A DNA stretch of 64,000 nucleotides from an uncultured Alphaproteobacteria bacterium (GTDB lineage Bacteria; Pseudomonadota; Alphaproteobacteria; Rhizobiales; Methyloligellaceae): positions 343,675 to 407,674 of the forward strand of contig CAWDRM010000018.1 of NCBI GenBank assembly GCA_963804705.1. The letters are read 5' to 3'. Below, piece by piece: positions 1 through 9,722 of this stretch. The translations under genes and the position numbers were made by a program. Under the pieces are notes generated by a model. That model worked only from the letters and a program-made list of their open reading frames with translations, was not told the origin of the DNA and did no database searches. Numbering within the stretch: position 1 is the first letter of the stretch; each line of letters opens with the position of its first letter.

Positions 1-3000
1 CCCGTGACGTTGAAGGTGAGCGTGAACGGCCCTTTGGCGAGCACGCGCCCAGCCAGACTCTGCGACAGCTGATCGAGCTTGCCCGCGGTGAGTTGGGCGT
101 GGGCCTTTAGCTGTGCGCCGGCGCCCCTCGGCGACAAGGTTCCCGAAGCGCCGAAGGATCCGCCAAACAGGCGCCCCTTCAAATCGGTGACCGAGAGCCC
201 TTCTTGATCGACGCGGGCGACCAGCACGGCGTCCTCGATTTGGAACGGGGCGCCGAGCGCGAGCATCTTGGCGTTGAGCTCGATGGTGCCTTCGGCGGCC
301 TCCAAAGGCTGAAGCGCAAAGCCCCGCGCGGGCCACACTTGCGAGACCTCGCTACCAACGGCGCCCAGTACTTCCTCGGTCGAGGGCGTGCGCTGCCAGG
401 CGACAACCGAGCCGAGCAGCGACGGCAGCGAGACCGAGGTGACGTTGGCCTTGAGGGCGAAGCGGGTCTTGTCGCCACTGAGGTCGAGATGGGCGCTTCC
501 CTTCACGGCTTGGCCCGCTACCTGGCCCGAGATGGCTTGGAGATCGATGCTTTGGCCGGTCTTGGCGATGTTGGCGCCGAGGTCGAGGGGAACGCCCGTG
601 GCACCCGGCGAGGCCTCAAATCCCATCAGCACGAGAGCGAGCGCGGCGTTGTTGCTTTTCGCCTTGGATTGGCCCGTAAGCGCCACGCCCTCGGGTTTGA
701 GCGAGCCCTGTCCGTCAAAACCGGCTTGCAAGGATGCGGTGACGAGCTCGGCGTGTCCGATGACGTTGGCCGCGGGCACGCCATGGGCTTTCAGCGTGAG
801 CTTGCCCCGCTCGGCACCGGCGGCGGCGAGCCGTTCGGGTGCAAGTCCGGGGACGAGCAGGCTCAGCAGAATTTGCGGACGGTCGCCCTCAACCGTGCCA
901 TCGATGTCGATATCCGCTTCGGCGAGCTTCGCCGGCTCGCCAACCGCCTTGGCGGTCAGGGAGACATTGGCGCCGCCGGCGTTACCTTTCAATTCGGCCG
1001 ACGCCTTGGTCCTGTTGCCGTCCTTGACCGCGGTCAGGCCGACATGCATGTCGAGCGGCGCAAAGGCGGCAAGCTGTTTCGATTTGGACACGCTTTCGGA
1101 CATGCCCAACAGCTCGCTGCCGACGCGAAGGCCGTCGGCCGTCGCCGCCTGCAAGGCGAAGTCCACCTGGCCCGACGGTGCCTCGCTCATATGCTCGATA
1201 TGGCCCTTGCCGTTGAGCGCGATGGCGCCTTCGGCGGAAAAGTCGAGGCGCTCGACGTCTAGATTGTCCTTGGCAAGAGTGAATTTCGCATCGAGCTTGC
1301 CTGGCAGGATGTCGGGCAGCAGCAGCTCGCCGACGCGCAGGGCGACATGGGCCTCGTCGCCGCGGAGCGATGCGATGAGGTTCGGCTCGGGCGCCGATGC
1401 CTTGTCACGCTTCGCCGTCGAGGCCGGCAGCCAGGAGCGCCAGGCCACGCTATCGCCTAGCACCTCACGCAGGTCGAGGCGGTCGCTGTCGAGATTGACA
1501 TCGATCACCCGCCGATCGCCGCCTTGATAGTGCATAGCGCCGCTGAATTTCGTCCCGCTCAGCTCGCCGCTCGCATCGTCGAGCTTGAGATCGCCGCCGC
1601 CGATGAAGGCCTTGGCGGTGAGCGCGAAGGCGCCGACCGAGGCCTGCCCCGACATCTCGCGGTCGCCGGCGGCCCAACGGGTGAGCGTCCTGAGCTTGGA
1701 GCCTGCGAGCTTGATCGGGCCTTCGAACACCGGGCCACCTTCTCCCTTGATCAGGCGCCCCGAGGCATCGAGGCTGGTCTCGCCGGGAAGCTGGGCCTTG
1801 AGACGGTAGATGGTGACGGCGCCACCGCGCGCCGTCAGCGCGAGGTCAATGTCGCCGATCAAATCGCCGCCGATGCTCGCCTGCTCAAAGTTCACGGAAA
1901 GGGCGCCCTCTCGGACCGAGGCGGCTTCAGCCAGCAATTTCTCGGCAACGGCGTTCAGCGCGCCGGATGCGGAAAGCTCCGTTTCGCCCGCCTCGGCCAG
2001 TAGCGCATCGACATCGACCCAGCGGGCGGAAAGCTCGCCCTCAGCCTTAGGGTGCGCGCCGAAATCGACGGCGAGCTTGCCTTTCATCATCTGCGAGCGG
2101 CCCTTGGCATGGATGGTGAGCTCGAAGGCCGGCAGCTCGGCGTGGTCCGGCGTGGCATTGAGCTCGCCCTTCAGCTCGACGGCCGAAAGGTGGTCCTCGG
2201 GGGTGAGCGCCGCATCGCCGGAGGGCTCCGCCTTTGCCCCTGCATCTGCGGGGGCCTGTTGCCCGGCAGGCTGCTGCCCGGCCTGCTCTGTCGCTTGCCC
2301 GGGAACTTGCGGCTCGGAGGGGAGGCTTGGCGCGATGCGAGCCACGATGGTGCCGGCGTAAGCCGGCTTCTCCCGCAGCCCCGTCACGTCGCCCTCGAGC
2401 AGATAGGTCATGGCGCGATCCGGATCGCGCAGCACCGATTTGAGCCGGAACTTCCCGTCGGCATCGCTCGCGCTTGTGGAGAAGCGGAGGTCCTGGCGGC
2501 GGCCTTCATAGGTGTAAGCCGTGGAGACCTTGTAGGGGCCGGAGACCGAGCCGGCGCTCGCCTCGCCCTCGACATCGCCGATCACCAGCCGCGCCTGCCC
2601 CGGCCGGGTGACCTCGACCCGGCCGTTCGTGACACTGACCTCATCGAGCAGCACGTCTTTCGGCACGAATAGCAGGGCCTCGCCGGGTCTCCCCAAATCG
2701 CTCCAATTTCCGCTGCCGTCTTCGCGAAGCGCCAGGCGGAGCACGGGGCCGGAGATAGTGATCTTGCGCGCCTCCACGCCGCCGCCGAGCAAGGCGCCGA
2801 TATTCAGATAGGCCTCGATGGAGCGTGCCTCGAGCAAGGGCCGGTTGAAGTGGCCATCTTGGTCAGCGACCTTGACGTCATCGAAGCGGAGCTCCGGCGC
2901 AGGCAAGAGCACCAGATGCACCTTGCCGCCGACCTTCACCTCACGGCCAAGCAGCTTGGCGGCTTGCGTCTCAAAGACCGGGCGGTAGTCGTTCCAGTCG

Positions 3001-3077
3001 ATGAACAGCGGCGCTGCGAAGAGCGCGCCGAGCACGAGGATCAGTACTGCCGTTAAAGTGAGCAGAAACGAGTTCAC
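1..3077 (-). CDS. AsmA-family protein, N-terminal ~1025 codons (C-terminus lies beyond window start)
   Basis: Absent from the ORF track because no stop falls inside the window. Reverse strand from GTG 3077-3075 (in-frame TAG two codons upstream) reads VNSFLLTLTAVLILVLGALFAAPLFIDWNDYRPVFETQAAKLLGREVKVGGKVHL..: one N-terminal TM helix, then the DWNxYRP opening typical of AsmA-family proteins. The same frame still reads sensibly at nt 3-59 (SLAGRVLAKGPFTLTFNVT). Plus-strand ORFs listed here look like GC-rich antisense shadows. Confidence 0.7.
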   Translation of the reverse strand, partial: MNSFLLTLTAVLILVLGALFAAPLFIDWNDYRPVFETQAAKLLGREVKVGGKVHLVLLPAPELRFDDVKVADQDGHFNRPLLEARSIEAYLNIGALLGGGVEARKITISGPVLRLALREDGSGNWSDLGRPGEALLFVPKDVLLDEVSVTNGRVEVTRPGQARLVIGDVEGEASAGSVSGPYKVSTAYTYEGRRQDLRFSTSASDADGKFRLKSVLRDPDRAMTYLLEGDVTGLREKPAYAGTIVARIAPSLPSEPQVPGQATEQAGQQPAGQQAPADAGAKAEPSGDAALTPEDHLSAVELKGELNATPDHAELPAFELTIHAKGRSQMMKGKLAVDFGAHPKAEGELSARWVDVDALLAEAGETELSASGALNAVAEKLLAEAASVREGALSVNFEQASIGGDLIGDIDLALTARGGAVTIYRLKAQLPGETSLDASGRLIKGEGGPVFEGPIKLAGSKLRTLTRWAAGDREMSGQASVGAFALTAKAFIGGGDLKLDDASGELSGTKFSGAMHYQGGDRRVIDVNLDSDRLDLREVLGDSVAWRSWLPASTAKRDKASAPEPNLIASLRGDEAHVALRVGELLLPDILPGKLDAKFTLAKDNLDVERLDFSAEGAIALNGKGHIEHMSEAPSGQVDFALQAATADGLRVGSELLGMSESVSKSKQLAAFAPLDMHVGLTAVKDGNRTKASAELKGNAGGANVSLTAKAVGEPAKLAEADIDIDGTVEGDRPQILLSLLVPGLAPERLAAAGAERGKLTLKAHGVPAANVIGHAELVTASLQAGFDGQGSLKPEGVALTGQSKAKSNNAALALVLMGFEASPGATGVPLDLGANIAKTGQSIDLQAISGQVAGQAVKGSAHLDLSGDKTRFALKANVTSVSLPSLLGSVVAWQRTPSTEEVLGAVGSEVSQVWPARGFALQPLEAAEGTIELNAKMLALGAPFQIEDAVLVARVDQEGLSVTDLKGRLFGGSFGASGTLSPRGAGAQLKAHAQLTAGKLDQLSQSLAGRVLAKGPFTLTFNVT

Positions 3078-3168
3078 GAAGGTCTATGCCTTAGGCTCGG
3101 ATGCGAGCATTCGCGAGGGCATTTGCTAAAGCCAGGGGACCCTTGGTCCTGTCCGCCCGCAGGTTGAA

Positions 3169-4584
3169 TCATGGTAATGTAAAGATCTTACCAGGATTGA
3201 GGATATTCAACGGGTCTAGCGCCTTTTTTATGGCAGCCATCACCTCCACGCCTGCCCCATGCTCTTGGGCAAGATAGCGTATCTTGCCCTGGCCGACGCC
3301 GTGCTCGCCGCTGCACGTGCCGTCCATCGCCAAGGCCCGCACGACCAGCCGATCGAGGAAGCCCTGTACCGCGCGCCGCTCCTCCGCGCTTGAACGGTCG
3401 AACAGCGGCATGACATGGAAATTGCCGTCGCCGACATGGCCCACGATCGGGGCGAGCAGGCCGGTCCTGTCGATGTCGGCGCGGGTCTCGCCGACACAGG
3501 CGGCAAGGGCCGAGATGGGCACGCAGACATCGGTGGTCACCACTTCGGCGCCGGGGCGCAAGCCGCGCGCCGCCCAGTAGGCGTCATGACGGGCTTGCCA
3601 AAGCTTGCTCCGCTCCTCCGGCCGCTCGGCCCAGTCGAGATCTCCGCCCCCTTCACCCCGTGCAATCTCGGCAAAGGTCTCGACTTGCTCGCGCGTGGCG
3701 GCAGCGGTGCCGTGAAATTCGAGAAACAGCGTCGGCTGCTCGGCAAGGCTGAGCCGCGAATAGGCATTGCAGGCTTTGATCTGCACCTCATCGGCGAGCT
3801 CGATGCGGGCTAGCGGCAAGCCCATCTGCATGGCGGCGATGGTGGCGTTGCAGGCGCCTTCGATGGTGGCGAAGGGGCAGACCGCGGAAAGGATCGTCTC
3901 GGGGATGCCGTGAAGCTTGAGAGTGAGCTCGGTGATGATGCCGAGCGTGCCCTCCGAGCCGACCAGCAAGCGGGTGAGGTCGTAGCCGCTCGCCGATTTC
4001 CGGGCGCGCTGCCCGGTCCTGAGCAGCGTGCCATCGGCCAACACCGCGGTCAGGCTCAAGACGTTTTCGCGCATGGTGCCGTAGCGCACGGCGTTGGTGC
4101 CGGAGGCGCGCGTCGCCGCCATGCCGCCAAGGCTTGCGTCGGCGCCGGGGTCGATGGGGAAGAACAGCCCGAGATCGCGTAAATGCTCGTTCAGCGCTTT
4201 GCGGGTGACGCCCGGCTCTACCATGCAATCGAGGTCGGCATCATGCACGGCGATAACGCGGTTCATGCGCGAGAGATCGAGCGAGAGCCCGCCGAAGGGG
4301 GCATTGACGTGGCCCTCAAGCGAGGTGCCGGTGCCGAACGGGATCACCGGCATGCGGGCCTCGGCGCAGAGCCTCACCACCTCGACCACCTCTTCAGTGG
4401 TCTCGGCGAACAGCACCGCGTCGGGCGGCTCGCATCTGATCCAGGTCAGAGTGTGGGCATGCTGCTCGCGGATGGAGGCACCGGTCGAGAAACGATCGCC
4501 GAACCGCGCGGCGAGGCTCGCGAACAAGCTTCGCTTGGCAGCGTCCGATATGGGTCTGGGTGCTTCCGCCGTGGCCATGGTCAT
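3169..4584 (-). CDS. FAD-binding oxidase, D-lactate dehydrogenase (cytochrome)/GlcD-like
   Basis: 471-aa ORF with FAD-binding PCMH-type layout (..MPVIPFGTGTSLEGH..) and the C-terminal FAD-linked oxidase signature (..GTCSGEHGVGQGKIRYL..LNPGKI). Confidence 0.85.
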   Translation of the reverse strand: MTMATAEAPRPISDAAKRSLFASLAARFGDRFSTGASIREQHAHTLTWIRCEPPDAVLFAETTEEVVEVVRLCAEARMPVIPFGTGTSLEGHVNAPFGGLSLDLSRMNRVIAVHDADLDCMVEPGVTRKALNEHLRDLGLFFPIDPGADASLGGMAATRASGTNAVRYGTMRENVLSLTAVLADGTLLRTGQRARKSASGYDLTRLLVGSEGTLGIITELTLKLHGIPETILSAVCPFATIEGACNATIAAMQMGLPLARIELADEVQIKACNAYSRLSLAEQPTLFLEFHGTAAATREQVETFAEIARGEGGGDLDWAERPEERSKLWQARHDAYWAARGLRPGAEVVTTDVCVPISALAACVGETRADIDRTGLLAPIVGHVGDGNFHVMPLFDRSSAEERRAVQGFLDRLVVRALAMDGTCSGEHGVGQGKIRYLAQEHGAGVEVMAAIKKALDPLNILNPGKIFTLP

Positions 4585-4648
4585 GGCCGCACTCTAGCAC
4601 CGCTCTAATTTGCGAAAAGCCAAGCCTTCGCTCGAGCTAGACCGAAGC

Positions 4649-5296
4649 TCAGAAGCCGAGAACGTCGAGCACCGCGACATAATGCACGCTCGCGGCGGTC
4701 AGCACGAAGCCGTGCCAGATGGCGTTCTGATAGGGCAGCCGCTGCCAGAGATGGAAGACCACACCCACGGTGTAGAGCACCCCGCCGATCATGAGCAGTA
4801 GCGCCACGCGTTCCGGAACGGCCGACACCAGCGGGTGCCAGGCCACAATCACGGCCCAGCCCTGCACGAGATAGAGGGCGGTGGAGACGCCTTCGAGATA
4901 ACGTGCGGCGAACAGCTTCATGGCGATGCCGATCGCCGCCATGCCCCACACCACGGCCAACAGGCCCAACCCCCAAGCATTGTTCATCTTGATTAGGACG
5001 AAGGGCGTGTAGGTGCCGGCGATCATGAGGAAGATCGCCGCGTGGTCGAGCCGGCGGAACACCGCCTTCAGTTTGGGGCGGACAGTCAGGTGATAGCCGG
5101 CGGAGCAGCTGAAGGTAGCAACGAGGGCAAGCCCGTAAATGGCGAGGCCGACGATCCACAGCGTGGCTTGCGCCCTGACGCCTACGATCAGCAGCGCCGT
5201 GAGCGCGACCAGGCTCGCGGTAACGCTGATCACGTGAATGCAGGCATCCGCCAAGCGCTCGCGCGCCGTATATTCGGGAAACGCCACGCTATCCAT
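4649..5296 (-). CDS. hemolysin III / PAQR family membrane protein
   Basis: ORF 4649..5419 trimmed to ATG 5296 (MDSVAFPEYTARERLADA..). Multi-TM protein with ..RLDHAAIFLMIAGTYTPF.. typical of the hemolysin III family. Confidence 0.8.
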   Translation of the reverse strand: MDSVAFPEYTARERLADACIHVISVTASLVALTALLIVGVRAQATLWIVGLAIYGLALVATFSCSAGYHLTVRPKLKAVFRRLDHAAIFLMIAGTYTPFVLIKMNNAWGLGLLAVVWGMAAIGIAMKLFAARYLEGVSTALYLVQGWAVIVAWHPLVSAVPERVALLLMIGGVLYTVGVVFHLWQRLPYQNAIWHGFVLTAASVHYVAVLDVLGF

Positions 5297-5497
5297 GCCG
5301 CAATACGGCCTTTCTCCCCCCAATCTAAGCACATAGAGATTGAAGCAGAGCTTACCAAGGGGGCGTGGCAAAGGAGAGGCGCGGGCATTCAGCCGCCAAT
5401 GGCCACACCCGACAGCCATTATCGGCGCAACAGTCCGCCATCGGGCTGGCCGAATGGCCGGGCCCGTTCGCGGGGATAACGCGCTCCTACTTCCGGG

Positions 5498-5869
5498 CTA
5501 GTTGCCGCAGACCTTCGAGCCCGAGGTGCAGACATAGGGAACGACCACGCCGGTGAAGCAGGTCGAATAGGTCTTCGCCGTGACGAAAGAGCCGTAGATG
5601 ACGTCCTTCGGCACCACCGGCCGCACCGCCTTCCAGAACGGGTCGGGTTTCACCTTGTAGGCGCTCATGCTGACCGAGTGCCAGCCTTTCGAACGCCTGA
5701 GGTCGTTGGCGCTCTCCGCCGCAAGCGCCTGCGACAACTTCAGGGCGTCGCCCTTGTTGTCGGCGCTATGGGTCGCCGAGATCACCTGACAGCCCGCGGC
5801 CGCAGGCTGGCTAGCCACAACCGCAAATGCAAGCACGCCAAGCGCAGTCATCATCGTCGCTCGAAGCAT
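5498..5869 (-). CDS. hypothetical exported protein (123 aa, signal peptide, 4 Cys)
   Basis: N-terminus MLRATMMTALGVLAFAVVASQPAAAGC looks like a signal peptide. No family recognised. Confidence 0.5.
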   Translation of the reverse strand: MLRATMMTALGVLAFAVVASQPAAAGCQVISATHSADNKGDALKLSQALAAESANDLRRSKGWHSVSMSAYKVKPDPFWKAVRPVVPKDVIYGSFVTAKTYSTCFTGVVVPYVCTSGSKVCGN

Positions 5870-6042
5870 AAAATTATCCCCCAGAAAGAATCGAACCCCG
5901 CAAGGGGCCTTTTTTGCCAGCCCAAAGCTCGAGGCGCAACCCCTGCTCGTCCGAAGCTCCCTGTGGCGAATTGCCCGCCGTGATCCGCGCGAGCCTCCTC
6001 ATCGTGTCAGGACAACCTCTTGCCCTTTTCCGCTCACGCCCG

Positions 6043-8418
6043 ATGTATAGTTTGACGACAATGACAAAGATTCGCGCGAATGCCCTGGAGGCCGTGGAGC
6101 CCTCCCCTGATTCCGATAAGGAGCCTGCGCTACCGACCTCCATGCGGGCCATGGGCCTCAGGCCAGGGCGCTATCTAGAGGCGCTGAACCCCGAGCAGCG
6201 CGAGGCGGTGGAGACGCTTGACGGGCCGCTGCTGGTGCTTGCCGGCGCCGGCACCGGCAAGACGCGCGTGCTCACCACTCGTATTGCCCATATTTTGAGC
6301 CTTGGCCGCGCACGCCCCTCGCAGATCCTCGCCGTGACCTTCACCAACAAGGCCGCGCGAGAGATGAAGGCCAGGGTCGGCCAACTGATCGGGGGCGTGG
6401 TGGAGGGCATGCCGTGGCTCGGCACCTTCCACGCTATCGGGGTCAAGATCATGCGGCGTCACGCCGAGCTGGTCGATCTCAAGCCTTCCTTCACCGTGCT
6501 CGACACCGACGACCAGATCCGGCTTCTGAAGCAGCTCCTGACGGCGGAGAACATCGACGAGAAGCGATGGCCCGCGCGGCTGTTGGCCTCGATGATCGAC
6601 GGCTGGAAGAACCGGGGGCTTACGCCTAAGCGGGTGCCGGACGGCGAAAGCTTCGCCTTCGCCAATGGCCAGGCGCGCGATCTCTATGCCCTGTATCAGC
6701 GGCGGCTGAAGGAGCTCAATGCCGCCGATTTCGGCGATCTGCTCTTGGAGAATCTGAGGCTGTTCCAGGAGCACCCGGACGTGCTCGCGCAACACCAGCA
6801 GCGCTTCGCCTTCATGCTGGTCGACGAATACCAAGACACCAATGTCGCCCAATATTTGTGGCTCCGGCTGCTCGCGCAAGGCAGCCACAATATCTGCTGC
6901 GTCGGCGACGACGACCAATCGATCTATGGCTGGCGCGGCGCGGAGGTCGACAACATCCTCCGCTTCGAGACGGATTTTCCGGGCGCCAAGATCATCAGGC
7001 TCGAACGCAATTACCGCTCCACCGCCCACATCCTCGGCGCGGCATCGGGACTGATCGCCCACAACAAAGGACGCCTCGGCAAGACGCTTCGCACCGACGG
7101 CAGCTTGGGCGAAAAGGTCCAGGTGCAAGGCTGCTGGGACGATGAGGAGGAAGCCCGCAATATCGGCGAGGACATCGAGCAGCTCCAGCGGCAAGGGCAG
7201 CGCTTGAGCGAGGTCGCCATCCTGGTCAGGGCGAGCTTTCAGATGCGCGCCTTCGAGGACCGCTTCATTACGCTCGGGCTCCCCTATCGCGTGGTCGGGG
7301 GCCCGCGCTTCTATGAGCGCCAGGAGATCAGGGACGCGACGGCCTATTTCGAGGTGACGCTCAATCCCGCCAACGACCTCAAATTCGAGCGCATCATCAA
7401 CACGCCGCGGCGGAACTTGGGCGAGTCGAGCCTGAAATCGCTACATCAGCTTGCCCGAGCGCGAGGCGTGCCGCTGATGCAGGTGGCGAGGCTGATCGTC
7501 GAGACCGAGGAGCTGAAGCCGAAGTCGCGCAAAGCTTTGGCGGATCTTATCGCCGCCTTCGACCGCTGGCGCTCGTTGATCGACACCACGCGCCATACCG
7601 ACCTTGCCGAGCTGATCCTCGATGAATCGGGCTACACCGCCATGTGGCAGGCGGAGAAATCGCCGCAAGCGCAGTCGAAGCTCGAAAACTTAAAAGAGCT
7701 GATCCGCTTCATGGAGGAGTTCGACACGCTTCAGGGCTTCATGGAGCATGTCAGCCTGGTAATGGATGCCGAAAGCGAAGAGGGCGCCGAGCGAGTGAAC
7801 CTCATGACGCTGCACAGCGCCAAGGGGTTGGAGTTCGACAATGTGTTCCTGCCCGGCTGGGACGAAGGGCTGTTGCCGCATCAGCGGAGCCTCGACGATG
7901 CCGGCCGCTCGGGCCTCGAGGAGGAACGCCGCCTCGCCCATGTGGGGCTGACGCGGGCGCGGCTCCGCGCCAAGATCAGCTTCGCCCAGAACCGCCGCAC
8001 GCATGGCATGTGGCAGCAGGCGATCCCTTCGCGCTTCATCGACGAGCTTCCCGTCGACCATGTCGAGGTGGCCGAGGACCGCGGCTTCCATGGCGGCTAT
8101 GGCGCGAGCCGCTTCGATACGGCGGGGAATCTGTTCGCGAGCGGCTTCTACGAGACGCCGGGATGGCAGCGCGCGAAAGCGAACCGGCCACGCAGCAGCA
8201 CGCCGTCAGGCCCCCGTGCGCGGGAGCCCATCACCATCGACGGCAAGCTGGTGGCGGCAAGCACGGTGGCAGGCGCTGGGCTTACGGTCGGCATGCGCGT
8301 GTTCCACCAGAAATTCGGCTATGGCCGCGTCGCTCAGGTCGACGGCAACAAACTCACCGTCGATTTCGACAAGGCCGGGCGCAAGAAGGTGGTGGATAGC
8401 TTCGTCGAGCGGACATGA
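6043..8418 (+). CDS. uvrD: UvrD/Rep/PcrA-family ATP-dependent DNA helicase
   Basis: Walker A AGAGTGKT, VDEYQDTN, ERNYRST and TLHSAKGLEFD helicase motifs, plus the C-terminal VFHQKFGYGRV..VDFDKAGRKKV tail. Start set at ATG 6043. ATG 6061 is also possible, and the 5914 opening gives an implausible leader. Confidence 0.85.
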   Translation: MYSLTTMTKIRANALEAVEPSPDSDKEPALPTSMRAMGLRPGRYLEALNPEQREAVETLDGPLLVLAGAGTGKTRVLTTRIAHILSLGRARPSQILAVTFTNKAAREMKARVGQLIGGVVEGMPWLGTFHAIGVKIMRRHAELVDLKPSFTVLDTDDQIRLLKQLLTAENIDEKRWPARLLASMIDGWKNRGLTPKRVPDGESFAFANGQARDLYALYQRRLKELNAADFGDLLLENLRLFQEHPDVLAQHQQRFAFMLVDEYQDTNVAQYLWLRLLAQGSHNICCVGDDDQSIYGWRGAEVDNILRFETDFPGAKIIRLERNYRSTAHILGAASGLIAHNKGRLGKTLRTDGSLGEKVQVQGCWDDEEEARNIGEDIEQLQRQGQRLSEVAILVRASFQMRAFEDRFITLGLPYRVVGGPRFYERQEIRDATAYFEVTLNPANDLKFERIINTPRRNLGESSLKSLHQLARARGVPLMQVARLIVETEELKPKSRKALADLIAAFDRWRSLIDTTRHTDLAELILDESGYTAMWQAEKSPQAQSKLENLKELIRFMEEFDTLQGFMEHVSLVMDAESEEGAERVNLMTLHSAKGLEFDNVFLPGWDEGLLPHQRSLDDAGRSGLEEERRLAHVGLTRARLRAKISFAQNRRTHGMWQQAIPSRFIDELPVDHVEVAEDRGFHGGYGASRFDTAGNLFASGFYETPGWQRAKANRPRSSTPSGPRAREPITIDGKLVAASTVAGAGLTVGMRVFHQKFGYGRVAQVDGNKLTVDFDKAGRKKVVDSFVERT

Positions 8419-8465
8419 CGAGATCGCCGATGCAGCATGCTCAGCTGTGTAAGTCAAAACTGTGT

Positions 8466-9431
8466 ATGATGACGGCCGTTGCCGCGCTTCTTCTGCTCGT
8501 CTTCGCCACCACCGACGCGCTTGCCATTTCCGGCGCGACGGCGGACCGTGACGACCGCTTTCCATACGTCGTCGGCATCAAATACAAGAAGCGCCTCACT
8601 TGTTCCGGCACGGTGTTGTTTCCGCGCATCGTGGTCACCGCCGCCCATTGCGTCCAGAAGGAGCTCGACAGGCGCAGGAACCTTTTCGCCGACCAATATT
8701 TGCCCAGCGCGCAATTGACCGTGGCCGCGGTGCGCAACGGCAAGGCGGAAACCTTTGCCGTGTCCGACGTGATTGCCTCGCCGGTGTGGCGGAAATTCGT
8801 GGCCAAGCCGGACGCCGGCCAGCGCTACGCTTACGACCTCGCCCTCATCATCACCAAGACGCCAATCGGCGTCCCGACCCCTCCAAGCATGTTCAGCCTC
8901 ACCGAGGATTGGCCGGTGCAAATCCAGGATGCGCCGGACACCGCGAGGGCGGATGTAAGGGATGACGGAACGGAGGCCTGGCGGGACACTCTGGCCGAGG
9001 CTCTCACCCAAAACGGGATCCTGGTCGGTTTTGGCGCTTCCGATTGCGTCGCGTTCACCCGCTGCGGCGGCATCGGGGCCCGCCGCTATCGCCCGGTCAA
9101 GATCAGGAACACGGTCGATTGCTTCAACGCCGCGATCGACGTTCATAGCAAAGCGCCAAACCCGAAAATCGAGCCGAGCGTCGCCGCCGTGCTGCCGCTC
9201 GCCGTATGGTGCACAGATTTCGGCGTGCTGCCGGGAGACAGCGGGGGCGCCCTGCTCGTCGAAGGGCCGGCCGGCAAGCTCTATTATCTCGGCGTGATCT
9301 CGTCACACTGGGGTAGCTACGCCGAGAAGGCGACCAAACGCGGGGTGGAGCGGCGGAGCTTCGCCACCGCGCTCTACCCAAGTCTGGACCTCATCGCCGA
9401 GGAGGCGCGTAAGCTCGGCTATTTGCCGTAG
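8466..9431 (+). CDS. secreted trypsin-like (S1 family) serine protease
   Basis: Catalytic motifs VTAAHC (His), YDLALI (Asp) and GDSGGAL (Ser). Signal-peptide-like MMTAVAALLLLVFATTDALA from ATG 8466. The ORF opens at 8415 with an ATGA overlap on the uvrD stop. Confidence 0.8.
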   Translation: MMTAVAALLLLVFATTDALAISGATADRDDRFPYVVGIKYKKRLTCSGTVLFPRIVVTAAHCVQKELDRRRNLFADQYLPSAQLTVAAVRNGKAETFAVSDVIASPVWRKFVAKPDAGQRYAYDLALIITKTPIGVPTPPSMFSLTEDWPVQIQDAPDTARADVRDDGTEAWRDTLAEALTQNGILVGFGASDCVAFTRCGGIGARRYRPVKIRNTVDCFNAAIDVHSKAPNPKIEPSVAAVLPLAVWCTDFGVLPGDSGGALLVEGPAGKLYYLGVISSHWGSYAEKATKRGVERRSFATALYPSLDLIAEEARKLGYLP

Positions 9432-9627
9432 GACCACGGACGAAGGCCGTGCATGCTGACGTTTTTTATAGGTAAATCAGTCATTTATAGGTCAGTGCGT
9501 CCTCTCAAAATGGGGATCTGATGAGAACAAATCGTGTCATTACCGGCGAAGGTAAGCTGCCTTTGTCGGAAGAGAGAAGTCGCGCATGCCTGCTCTTATA
9601 CCAGCAGTTCTCATCCTGTTCTCGTTC

Positions 9628-9634
9628 GCTCTAC
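9628..9634. repeat. target-site duplication, left copy (GCTCTAC)
   Basis: Identical 7-mer directly abuts both IS ends (9628-9634 and 11963-11969). It becomes 8 nt (CGCTCTAC) if the terminal C is assigned to the target. Confidence 0.7.
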
Positions 9635-9696
9635 GGTGCTGTCCTCCCTAATTAGGGGAATTCTCACCTTGACATAGTAACCTACTTGGCATAGTG
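9635..9696 (+). repeat. IS left terminal inverted repeat
   Basis: GGTGCTGTCCTCCCTAATTAGGGGAATTCTCACCTTGACATAGTA.. aligns with the reverse complement of 11901-11962 (GGTGCTGTCCTAATTAGGGGGGAATTATCACTTTAACATAGTA..). The first 11 nt are identical, and similarity with small indels extends about 55 nt. Confidence 0.75.
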
Positions 9697-9722
9697 TTTC
9701 CTTAAGAACGGGGAGCACCGCC

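Noticed and set aside
204-3056. Series of long plus-strand ORFs (204..1262, 388..1527, 1524..2003, 1810..2361, 2052..2672, 2850..3056)
   Set aside because: Their Arg/Gly/Ala/Leu-rich, low-information translations are typical of antisense frames in high-GC DNA. The opposite strand carries one uninterrupted AsmA-family frame across the whole interval.
8400-8470. uvrD-protease ATGA overlap as evidence for a helicase-protease defence pair
   Set aside because: The helicase has ordinary housekeeping UvrD architecture. The protease has a signal peptide starting at ATG 8466, so it is secreted and probably starts after the overlap.
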